A DNA stretch of 62,216 nucleotides, filler included, from Choristocarpus tenellus KU-1152 (Eukaryota; Protista; Phaeophyceae): NCBI GenBank assembly GCA_964200185.2. It is 6 parts of 6 records of this genome, joined end to end, with 100 filler letters (N's around TTAATTAATTAA, not from the genome) between each part and the next. Parts side by side here need not be neighbours in the genome. Positions count along the whole stretch, not along the records: positions 1 to 19,808 come from CAXNAD020000441.1; 5 more parts are not named here. One strand, written 5' to 3'. Position numbers and translations under genes: made by a program. The notes below the pieces were generated by a model that saw only the letters and a list, made by a program, of their open reading frames with translations, ran no database searches and had not been told where the DNA came from. This document shows, in pieces, positions 1 to 11,007 of this stretch (position 1 is the stretch's first letter; each line of letters starts with the position of its first letter).

Positions 1-271
1 TAGAGTATGATATTATTATTCCAAATAAAGATAACTTCGCTAGGTGGAGTGGCGTAGCCCAATGAATGGGGTCACCCCGCCTGCTGTAAAATGATTGTAG
101 TGCCCAAGACCCCCGTCGTTACCACAGTGTGTGTGTGGCACATCTGCATGGTGTGTAACACAGTGCGGTGTACTCGCCACACAGGGGATGGCTTTCTGCA
201 TCGATGAGGGGAGTCCAACCTGTTCATGTAAGCACCTTGGAAAGGTCTCGCACAATTCCACACTGCAAACA

Positions 272-273
<2 letters not shown>

Positions 274-320
<47 letters not shown>

Positions 321-346
321 CATGTAATATATATATATATATATAT
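274..346. repeat. (CA)n microsatellite followed by (TA)n
   Basis: Seen directly: ACAC run ~274-314 and ATAT run ~327-346. These explain the spurious HTHT/CVCV ORFs. Confidence 0.95.
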
Positions 347-563
347 TACATGCAATTAGAGTGACAAAAACCACTCAGGCAGTACATCAATATCCACAGT
401 ACAGCCATAATTCGCACAAGCCGTACCCGTACACACAAATGGATGCTTGGCGATGAGCATACAAATAAAATGCAAAAAAAGAATATCAAAGATGACGAAA
501 CGAACTGAAGTCCTTCATCACTGTGACACTCCAAGGTTTCTATTGTTGAAATAGCACACAAGT

Positions 564-2267
564 TCAACATTGTACAGGACAAGGGTTCCACACAACCCAC
601 AACAAATTCTCTGCCTTCCACTGCTCGACACAATACCAACCTGAATCCAACCCTGGATATGCATCCAATCCTGGTGCTGGTGATCCACATCCTCCTGGTG
701 CCAATGATCCACATCCTCCTGGTGCTAATGATCCGCATCCTCCTGTTGCTGGTGATCCACACCCTCCTGGTGCTGGTGATCCACATCCTCCCATTCCCAT
801 CTCACAATGAGGGGAGTTCATTTTTGCCATCACTTTGGCCATCATTTCCACCATGGGATTGTAGGTCAACTTCACTTCACTCCTCGTTTCAGAGGAGCCA
901 CTGGGCTTTGTACCACCAATTTTGGACCCAGCCCTCTCATCATCCCTATTCCCCTCTGCCGCGTCAGAACTAAACCCCCAGCCAACTGGGTGGGAGCTCA
1001 TGTGCTCCACGCGCTCAGTGCAGTCCTGACAATCGCACTTTTGAGGTGAGCTTGGATCCGCTCTACCCGATTCAGGAAAAAGCCTGACTGAAGGAGTAGA
1101 CTCATCACTGGAGGACTGAAAACGCATTAGACACAAGAGAGGGAAGGGAGTTTCTCATAGAGGAAGGGAATAACATGGTCAGGCAAGAGCTTTGCTCACA
1201 CATAGGTGCCCAGATACGCGGGGTAGGGAAAGGGATGGCGATGGAAAGATGGATACTGAAGGTCGGGACATGTAAGGTTCACGACCAAGCTACGCTTGGA
1301 GTGATTGCGTTCGAAAGGGTAAAAATATTTTCCCGGGTAAGCTCTTTGTAGAGTACATATGAGGGTGAACACAAGATACAATACATCAGCAATCCAACGT
1401 AATCGAAAAGGGAGGAAAAAACCTCAACGTTTGCAATATCAGGCGCAGTAGATTCCTGATCGAACTGGGACTCAAATTCCTGTCACCATTGAGACTGGGG
1501 ACATCAGACCCTCATGGAATTTGTCACAATCGGCAACCTTGCTTAGCTCGCTTGCTCAGTAAGGTGTTGGAGAGAATATGTGGGGTTGAAAAGTGAGAGC
1601 ATATCCACGTCTCGATGTAAAGTGCACATGGATGGGAAGCTTGGTCAAATGCAGAAACGCAGAAACGACGAGCACATTACATCGATGCAGCAAAGGTTGT
1701 CTTGTCATGCATCCCAAGGACACGGCATTAAGTTCTTCCCCATGGAAACAATTTTATCGAGCTGCGGTTGTGTATTGCAAGGCGAGGAGGGTAAATGGGC
1801 AACGGTTGTGCCATCAACTCTCGTTCTTCTTCTCACACAACTGGGGTCTGAAGGAAACTTCGACACGCGGCCAACAGATACAGGCTATCATTGCCTACAC
1901 AGCAGCAACCATAGCGTCAATATGCATGCGTTCTTCTCCCAGGGCTCCTAAGTAAGGCACTAACAAAGGAAGTCGTGAGTAAGGAAGTTGTACGTCCTAT
2001 CTTCCACAACCAATGAAGGTGAAACATGCACTATGTATCCACTATGCATTACTGAGGACATTTGGCAATTGCGAGCTCTATATCATAGGCTAACAATCTT
2101 CCTGGCACCATCAATGAAATTTTACAATCATATCCCACTATGGGGAACCAATCGTCAAAAACATGAGAGTCCTGCATCTACGACTTCAAGGACTCCACCA
2201 AGGAATCGATTAGGTGTTCTAGCCTCACCGGCAAATTATCCCACTTGCTGTAATTCAGTCCAGACAT
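564..2267 (-). CDS. Uncharacterised ~196-aa protein with N-terminal YSKWD/acidic motif and GGCGS(P/L)A(P/T) repeats (2 exons: 2267-2229, 1115-564)
   Basis: Exon 1 reads ATG...[13 protein letters not shown] followed by donor GTGAGG at phase 0. Acceptor TTTTCAG precedes SSSDES in the frame of ORF 564..1136. The joined [19 protein letters not shown] resembles the Cdc37-like 'DYSKWDxLxxSDDE' N-terminus. Extra exons or a different 3' end are possible. Confidence 0.7.
670..789. repeat. 24-bp tandem repeat x5 (coding: GGCGSPAP)
   Basis: Unit CCTGGTGCTGGTGATCCACATCCT with a few substitutions, five consecutive copies. Confidence 0.95.
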
Positions 2268-2501
2268 CTCGCGTTTCCCAACAAATCCACGGTTAAGAGC
2301 AGCGAATTGGACGCCCTGTTGATGGGTGGCCAACCCTTCAGGGCACTACTGCTTGTGGGATATTGGAGAAACCAAGCATAAAATAGGACCTTCACGTAAA
2401 AAGGGGAGTTGTGAACCCAGAGCCAGCCCAGAGCAGCACAATCTTAAAAAGATCATCCCAACTCATAATGAATTGAAGACAACATTTGTGTACAACTGAA
2501 G

Positions 2502-4042
2502 ATGCAATCGGTTGGAGGCCCTTTTGGGCTTATAATCGCACACCCTGATGATGAGAGCATGTTCTTCACTCCTACCATCTTGAGGCTAGTCAAAGCCGGC
2601 GAGAAAGTGTTCTTGCTGTGCCTCTCGTCAGGTATTTCCATGGACCCCACAAAGTTGAGAACAGTGGAGACAAATCCCCCAATGAATTGGCAAGGACGCG
2701 AGTAAAATGAACCTTCAACACACAGTTAAGAAAGGAAACCGTACATAGAGCACAAAACCAAGAACTTTCAGTGTTCTCGTACTCCTCGACAGGGGACTTC
2801 AATGGACTTGGGCACTTACGGAAGCACGAGCTGGTCAAAGCCTGCGCTTTGTTGGGCATCCCAGAGGCGCGTGAAGATAGTCTCAATAATATGGGTTTAT
2901 GTACATTTACAGTGAACTAGTGTTGTCCCTGGACCATTAATCTTAAGTATTGCTAGAGTAAAGAGAGAGTAGCTGTGCCACACGGCCGGCCGTCTGACCC
3001 CGTTCCATTCGTTCTGGTGCCACATCGACGTATGTGGAGCAACTATTGATATTTTACCATAATATATACCTTTGCTGCTGCGGCGTACAATATACTGTTG
3101 CCTGTGTCCAGTAAGTATTCCACGTGACAGCTCACTACCTCTGTACCGATCCCTTCTTCCCCGTTTTATCGTAACATGACAGGATCAAGTTTCACTAGTT
3201 GAGCACAAACTTCTCTCGGACGGTTCGAAGGAACCTTGGCCTCCAGAAGTTGTTGTACCCCATGTAGCGTCGTTTGTCACGAAGCACTCCGTGAAAACGG
3301 TGGGTGTTTCTATCAGTTGCCTACATTATCTGTACAGTTCCATTCGCTGTACCCTTGTTAGTATTAGCAACATGACAGAGGGGAACAACCCTTTCTGTTT
3401 TGCATCCCTCCTCCCGCAGTTTCGCGCCGATATTGCTGAGCTTACGACCTGTATGCCTCGCACCAGAGGTAGAAATAGGTTCTTCTCCATTGATATACAA
3501 AGCCCTCTTACATTCTCTCCCTCTTCTGCCTTTAAATTGCTCCGCACCCCTGTCTGCAATCACTCTCTACCCTCCCCTCTAAGCTGCTCACGTTCGACAA
3601 TGGAGGGGTATCAGGACACCAAGACCATATCGCTGTCTACTCTGGGGTTGTACAATTCCTCAAAGAGGGGGCTGTGGCATTTGCAGGGGAAGGATCAGGG
3701 GTAGGATCAGAAAAGGGTACAACAGGTGGAATACAAGCATATGAGAGATCAGGACCCGGGATTGCAGCAAGGATAAATGATAATGTTGGTGAGGATGAAG
3801 GTATCAGTGTCCTGGTACTCGTAACCACCAATTTGTTACGGAAGTATTGTGGACTGCTGGACTTGCCGTGGTCTTGGATGTCTACACAAGCCTCCCACCA
3901 AGGGGAATTTTTTGGCAATTTTGATGTGGGCACGGTGTGGGGGGCAATGGCAGCGCACCGTAGTCAGTTTGTGTGGTACCGACGCTTATTCATTGTATTC
4001 TCAAGGTATGCGTACGTTAACACATTTGTGCGCCTTGGATGA
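2502..4042 (+). CDS. PIGL: N-acetylglucosaminyl-phosphatidylinositol de-N-acetylase (GPI biosynthesis), ~259 aa; exons 2502-2631, 2793-2866, 3183-3299, 3584-4042
   Basis: Family motifs: IAHPDDESMFF, LCLSSGDFNGLGHLRKHEL, LLTFDNGGVSGHQDH, AMAAHRSQFVWYRRLFIVFSRY. The exons total 780 nt with consistent phases. The N-terminus may have an upstream exon. Confidence 0.93.
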
Positions 4043-4799
4043 CACAACTCAGGTAGAGTATAGTGCATCCCTCTTCAACCACCCCCCACAAATCCATGCC
4101 CCAACCGATGGGACTTTGAAAGCATTTGGAGGTCTCCTTCCATCTCTCACACGAACGGAGAGGGTGTTCTGACATTAGTACTTCAGAATTATGTGATAGA
4201 AAATCTAGCAACCTTTGCCAGTCCCATCTTTTTGTTGTGCCCGACACTGCCTAAGGTGCAAAGCGACCTAGGATGCAACCTGCTCCTCTCCTCTCCTCTC
4301 CTCTCCTACCTCCTGGAAGGCTAGGCACAAAGTAGTGGTTCATGCCCTGCTATTTACAGGAATTTTTTTGTTGCATGCATCAAAGATAGTCCCACAGAAC
4401 TCTTTGTATCATGGAGTTTGAGGGTTACCTGCATGCCTCTCACTCACTCACTACACGTGCAACAAGTATGACACACATTCCAGTTCAGTAGCCTCCGTTC
4501 AACTTCATTTGTGGTTTTTTTCTTTTTGACAGAAATAAATTGCTCAAGACCTTCCGTGTGCAAGATTTGATCAAGTGTTGCTATGATACACTACCTATGC
4601 TAGTGTTTTTGTCACTTATAGTAATATCTATGAGACTGAGGAGATATGGGGTGTCACAGGCAGAACAAAATGCACCCACAAACACCAACCCCATGTGTAT
4701 GGTGACTTTTTTAGTCATTGGTGTATCTTGTTAGGTCTGGGACACAAGAAGTGGAGTGTTGGGGGTACAGTAATTTGGGTGGAAACTCCCATACACGAA

Positions 4800-5700
4800 G
4801 AGGGTGGGAGAAACATGGGAGGCAAGAAAGGTATCAGTGGACAGAGGATTTGCAGCTGGGCTCTTCTACAGCATTTATTTATATTCAAGCCTTCTAGGAC
4901 GAAGGTAAGGGCTTCATGGATACTGATCGGCCATTGCCGTCCTGCTCTAATGTCCCTTCACATCCCAACTCTTGATAATATTTTGGATGGGCTTTGATGA
5001 TCTATGCAAGTATATTTAATCTATGGAAATGTTTTGCAGTGTTGAGGAAAGGTCATCACTTCTGCGGTTCTCTTGATCGAAATTATCAAGGCTAATACTG
5101 TATTGAAAATGTGAATATGATCCACAAACGCTGCATCTCTGAGATGCTTCGGGCACTGGAACAGTGTTTTGAAGGTGAGGAACACATGGAGTTGATCGGC
5201 CCTGTTTTGGAGGAAATTCAACCCTGGATTCTTCCAACATGTGCAGAGAGAGGGCAAAACCGTATTTCTCCAGCTAATCCATGAATATGGTTACAGGAGA
5301 TTGCATGGTGTTCAAGTGGTCAAGCTTACCACACTTCAAACTCGCACCTCTTGTACCGCATGAAGTACTGCACAATTGACTTTGGCAAGGCTGAGAATGA
5401 TAAGAGATAAAAAAGTTCAAATGGTGTGCTGTTCTGTTGTTGAGAAAAAAAAATTCATGTATGATCTAGAGAGCATGCTTTTATACATTAGTGGCAGTTC
5501 CTCAAATTTCCAAGGGGCTTTCTACTCTCTAGTAGGAATGCTTAGAAGCACTTTGTAGTACAATACCACCTAATGTATGTCCTTCACGTGTAGACCACAA
5601 GGTTATTGACACTGAAGGCTTTCCTTCCGTGAGCTCTGAGTCAAAGTTATTGAGAGGTAGTAGACCCTTTTGCATTCTAGGTCGTCGTTTTTCCCCTGCA
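4800..5700 (-). mobile_element. Highly degenerate DNA-transposase remnant, possibly hAT-like
   Basis: Broken minus-strand fragments GKPSVSITLWSTREGHTLGGI and GLAGEIRF loosely resemble hAT catalytic-D and TRW/TRF regions. Boundaries are approximate. Confidence 0.3.
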
Positions 5701-7041
5701 CAATACACCCTAGTAATTTGCTGTATGTGCACAGAGCCGAAGTAAACTATAGGTAGTCACATTTTGACTGTTTTGCATTTGAAGCCAGTTTTTCAAGCTT
5801 TTGTAATTCGGCCATTTTTCGATGGATGAACTTCCGAGTTTGACTTGAGAGGGTTTTGTTTCTCTCCTGTTTGAAGGATTTTGACATATTTCGGAAAATA
5901 TCCTACAGACTTTTGTAAAAAAATAAAATTTGGACATATTTGAGTGACATCCTCAAAATGCAACTCTAGGTACCTGTTGCTTACTTTGAATCATCATAGT
6001 GTACTCAAATTGATATTCTTCCTTTCCACACACAAACTGACACTACAATTCAGCAAAGGATCTTGTGGCAAATGTGTACAAATAGGCAACTTTTTTGCCA
6101 TTTCTTGGTACCCTTAAATTACAACCTTACCTACTGTTCATGGATAGTGTTGCCGACACACTATGGACACCACTGGTGGAGTGGATAATGAAAGGTAGAG
6201 TCAGATATGTGTTTCCATGTATTTCCAGTTTAGCTCTAACCCCCATTCGTGTATTGCAGAGACCTGACAGTAGATTACCTGTTCATGTATCATATATTAT
6301 GCTTGTGACCCAGTGATAGTATTATTTTCTGGTTATCCACGTGGACATTGAAAATTCCACACGGTAGTCTGCTCCTGTCTCACCCCGTGAGTTCAGTCAA
6401 TGGAATTGACACCACAAGCTCCTTGTAGCACTACTATTGCATATTTGCACCAGGCCAAATTATCCTCTACCAAGGTAAACGATTGATCATCTTAGCCACA
6501 GACTCAGTCTGGAATACTTCAATACCTAACTCTCAAATACATTGGCCCTTTTCGGCACTTCATGTAGTTCTCCACAGGTCTCCCTCACCTACCTGCCCTT
6601 CCCTGGTGTTGACTGCATAGATGATTTTACTGTTCATCTGAAATCTTAACTACACTGTAAGGTGTCTCCCAAGAGCGATGAAGTGGCGGTAATGAGGTGT
6701 CAACGCTGAATGGTATTGGGAATCTGACATCCCTGGGATCAAGTTGGCAGTGCTATCTACCAGCCTTGGCCTAGGAGACGGGCAGTGCAAATCAATTTAA
6801 TTAACCTGCTTTTGCGAAATCCTTTGTACTCTACCAAGGGTATATCAGGTGTAGTGGTTAAACAACCTGCCAGTATCCTTCTATTTGAAATGCACCCCTC
6901 CCAAAAAGAGTACTCTTCCCCTTTTATGCGCTATCCTGGTATAATAAGGAGTATGAAACCTGGAAGTTATATGTAGGCTACTTTGGTCGTCATTTGCCTG
7001 TACCCCTTTAGAGTGAGTGGCAGGAAGGGCGAAGTAGGACT

Positions 7042-7304
7042 GAGTGAAAGTATCTTAGAGGGTACGAGTTTTGCCCTGTTTGTCCGTTTGCGGCTTGGCT
7101 TCCCTCAGGTTTTTTATGATATTTTCTAGTCCAAAACGTTTAGGATTAGGTAAAATGTATACGTTATGAAAAGGTGTGTCCGGAACAAGGATATTTACAC
7201 TTCCTAACAAACACGATATAGATAGTCAAAATTACATCGAAATCGCAACATTGGATTTGGACCCTTAAATGGACGCGGCTCTACCCTCCAAGATACTTTG
7301 GCTC
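7042..7304. mobile_element. MITE family A, full copy
   Basis: TIRs GAGTGAAAGTATCTTAGAGGGTA and TACCCTCCAAGATACTTTGGCTC. Flanked by ACT on both sides (3-bp TSD). Homologous copies occur elsewhere in the window. Confidence 0.9.
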
Positions 7305-7388
7305 ACTAGGGTTAAACAATGATAAAGGGTAGCATGATGTCAGCAACAAGAAGAGGACAGCACTAATACCACCTTGCTCTCCATGCAG

Positions 7389-7436
7389 TAGGAGGAGGAG
7401 GAGGAGGAGGAGGAGGAGGAGAAGGAGGAGGAGGAG
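7389..7436. repeat. (GGA)n trinucleotide repeat
   Basis: Seen directly. Confidence 0.95.
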
Positions 7437-8298
7437 TAGAAGTGTGGGATTGCCACAAGTACTACTATAGTGGGTGCCTTGCTCAATACTGTGTCTTCTT
7501 TACGACCTTCCACTTTATTCTTGGCAGCATTGTTAATCTCTGCTGTTGGGAGGAGCAAATATGTATGGAGGAAACGATAACTGTCCTTAACTGAAGTAGT
7601 ACTACGACTGCTGCTGCTGCTACTTCAACTACAACTACAACCTGCAGTTTTGATATAAATATATAGACCTTTTTCTTGTACCCCTTTGGATCACCTAACA
7701 ACAGTTGGTTCCTTTCTCCCTGATTGATTCGAGACGCACGCTTGTTACCCACTCTTGGGTTTTGCATCCTATTCAACAGCGATGCAGTGGGTTATTAGTT
7801 GGTGGGATGTTTATCGGGATCGTCATGGAAAGAAGAAACACTTTTTCACAAAGGAAAAGCTTGGTTTGAAAATCCATCGCGTGCGATTGGGAGCAACTCC
7901 CAGACGTTGGGAAAAATAGCCGTTAATGGTAAGTACAACTACCATCTGTCGTGCTCTCAACTTCAGATATGAAATAAGCCAGGTGTGTCAGAAACAACCA
8001 CGGTCGTATTACCCATACTCCATTCCCAGGTACCCCAGCCGATATATGATAGCCATGCATATACCCTCTTCAGGGGAACACGTTCAATTTTTGTTCGCTT
8101 GAAGATAGAGTTTGAGTCGTCAAAGATAAGCATGAGCATCCCCAGATTTAGAGGCTGTCAAACCCCAACCGAACCAAATGTTATCATGATCAATGATGCT
8201 CATCCCAGACTCTTGGTCCTGACTTTTCTTCCCTCGATCTCTGTCAATCGCCCCCTCTCAACTTTCTATTCCAGTCTTCTAGGCGCACTGTGGCAATC

Positions 8299-11007
8299 AT
8301 GCGGGTAACTGCTTTCACTGCTCTCGCATTGACACTTTCCTTTGCCAATGGATTCATGATCACCCCTCGGATGTCAAGTGCCGACGTCCTGGCACCTTTC
8401 CGGGCGGGTAAGGCTCTTAAGGTGAGTCTTGAACCTTGGTGATATGAAGTGCTCAGGAATTGTTGGTTTGCATGACCAAAAAAAATGCTTCAATCTACTA
8501 ATTCCCATTCTATACACCCTAGCGAAACCTTATACTGTTTTCACCGAGTCATCCCGTCACTGTGGTGGTGCGGTCTCACGATTTCTCTTGTGACTTTCTA
8601 CTGTGTCATGTATTGCAAACCCAATCAGGTGATTTCCGGTCTCAACAAGTTCGATGCGGACCTAGTGTCCAAGGTAGCAAGGGCTGCTGCTGCTGGAGGT
8701 GGTACACACATTGATATCGCATGCGACCCAGAGCTTGTTCGTGCGGTAAAATCGGTTTCTAACATTCCGGTATGTGTCTCGGCAGTGGACCCTGACCTTT
8801 TCACTCCTTGCGTGGAGGCTGGGGCGGAGATGGTGGAGCTTGGCAACTTTGACTCTTTCTACGACCAGGGTCTAATCTTTACTGCGAAGGATGTCGTAGC
8901 TATGACGAAGCGGACACGTGAACTACTCCCCAGTGTGCCACTTTCTGTTACGGTGCCCCACACGCTACACCTCGATGAGCAGGTGAGGAATCTGCGTGTG
9001 CAGTGTGTAACTCATGGAAAATTGCGGGCAAATGAAGTTAAAGGACAGATGGGTGCATGTTTCAAAAAGAGCGTGGTTTGTTAAGTGTAGTATGCTCATC
9101 TATATATATATATATATATTTGTATACGGTTGTGTGCTTTAAGTCTTAGCTTCGGAGTGATTTGTGAGTACTGTTTCGTTCCTCTTTGAAGCAGTGGGAC
9201 ATGCGACTCCCCTGATACTAAATTCTCTCCTGATACCCATCCCTCTCGATACTTCTTGTCTTTGTCTACTGCAATACGGTCTTCAAAGGTGTCTCTTGCC
9301 AAAGAATTGGAGGCCCTTGGGGCTGACATTATCCAGACTGAAGGGAAGTTCAGCCTGGACCCTTCAAAGTGAGTATGGGATACAGAACAGCTTACACTGC
9401 TTATCTTTGGCAGTAGTGATTTTTTTTGCTGGCTCCCTTAATTCAATGTGAAATGTTTCTCCTTCGCTTGGGGGGGGGGTTCAACTTGCCAGTCTTATTC
9501 CTGAGCATGTTGAGCGGGTACAGCAAGCACGTAAACATGGAATTCAATGCCCCACTCAGATCACATTCTTGTTTTTTCATTTTGTCAGGGGAGGTGTACA
9601 GGGAGCTATTGAGAGGGCAGCGCCCACCCTTGCTGCAGCACATGCCATTTCAAGGGCTGTGGAAATTCCTGTGATGGCTGCTTCCGGCCTCAGTGACATC
9701 ACTGCACCCATGGCCCTTGCTGCCGGTGCTAAGGGTGTTGGAGTTGGATCAGCAGGTAATTTGTGGGTGAGGTTTTCAAGTTTTTACGGCGTAGAGGGGA
9801 GAGGAGGTGAAACTGTTTCTGTCTTGCTCAATGTGGTGTAGTACCCAACAAGTCCCTTGGTGTGATACGTGAACAAGAGGATTTTGTGTGTTGGCGAGTA
9901 GTTGAATGGGCAATCGTTTTGTGTCTTACGATACAAAAAGGTGTCCAGTCATATATTGTATATGGTAACTTTTTGCTCTGTATGTACCAACACAAAGACA
10001 TAGGTGGTAAAGGTTTGTGAGCGAGTGGTTAAGTCAGGTGTAAATTGCTGCTGCTTAGGTAAATCCCTCCTTACATTAAAGCTCCCTGTTCCTCAAACCA
10101 TGCTGCTTTCCTAGACCCTCAATGCTCTCGCTGCAGCAGTAGATGTGTATACTTTTTCGTGGAAAGCATTTTTGGCAACAATGAACATTCATGTCGCAGT
10201 GCTGTAGCACATATCTGGATAAGACTGTCATGCATGACGGAAAACTGTGAAGGAATGGTTTTTACTATAGACAATTGTCCTAATGAAGGCAGGGCAATTG
10301 TTTCTCGTTATGCATTGTAGTTGATTATGCAGCGACGTATAGAGTTTTGAAGTGGAATAAGTTGTGAGTGATTTATTAGTCAACTTTAAACAATTTGATG
10401 GGCTCTATGGAAGTGAAGGATGTATCCATCATGCGAGCCAAGGCAAGGTGCACAAAGCACCAAATTTCTTGAGTTGGACATGAAGAAATTTCAAGTGCCG
10501 CCAGGGTGTTAGAGACTAGTTGCTCAGCACCCACGTGCACAATCAAATATTGACTGATAGAAAGTTTTCAATTACGATTTCAATTCTACCTTGATCTATC
10601 TAATTGCTGTGATTCACGAGACTAGTGAGGATTGTATTTTTGTGTGTTGGCCACTGGAGATGTCAACCTCTTACTTTTACTTTATCAAAACCTGTTGGGG
10701 GGTGAAACTGTTGAATGCAGAGTACTTTCTTTGCCCTTGCCCTTAATAATTACCCTTAGGCCTAGGGACTATTTCCCAGTTGTTGGTCTTTGGTTGGCTT
10801 GCGCTACCTTTCCTACCTCTCAATCCCCATTTGCCCTTATGTTGTGAACTCTACCCATTCCTTTGTTCAGTGAACAAGCTTAACAGTGAGATTGGAATGG
10901 TGGCTGTGGTACGGTCTATTGCAGAGGCGATGGGGATGTTTGCCCCAACAGTGGACTCCACTGTCCCTCTGCCTGCTATGCCAGAGGTTGTGACCAATAC
11001 CATCTGA
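8299..11007 (+). CDS. ycf23: Plastid-targeted Ycf23/DUF561 family TIM-barrel protein, ~286 aa; exons 8299-8421, 8629-8982, 9289-9368, 9589-9755, 10871-11007
   Basis: Motifs ALKVISGLNKFD, THIDIACDPELV, PVCVSAV, ELGNFDSFY, DIIQTEG, ASGLSDITAPMALAAGAKGVGVGSAVNKLN. All introns are GT-AG and the exons total 861 nt. The N-terminus MRVTAFTALALTLSFANG-FM looks like a signal peptide followed by Phe. Confidence 0.93.

Noticed and set aside
40-374. ORFs with CVCVCV / HTHTHT
   Set aside because: These are translations of (CA)n/(TA)n microsatellites.
540-575. TGA at 566-564 read as selenocysteine (would give CPVQC-U-TC)
   Set aside because: I identified no SECIS element and have no homologue evidence. 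An ordinary stop is the simpler reading.
670-789. CRISPR-like array
   Set aside because: The units are contiguous with no unique spacers, the context is eukaryotic, and there are no cas genes. The same applies to 36588-36730.
1580-1955. Two ~120-aa plus-strand ORFs
   Set aside because: No recognisable motifs or convincing splice structure. They lie within the predicted intron of the minus-strand gene.
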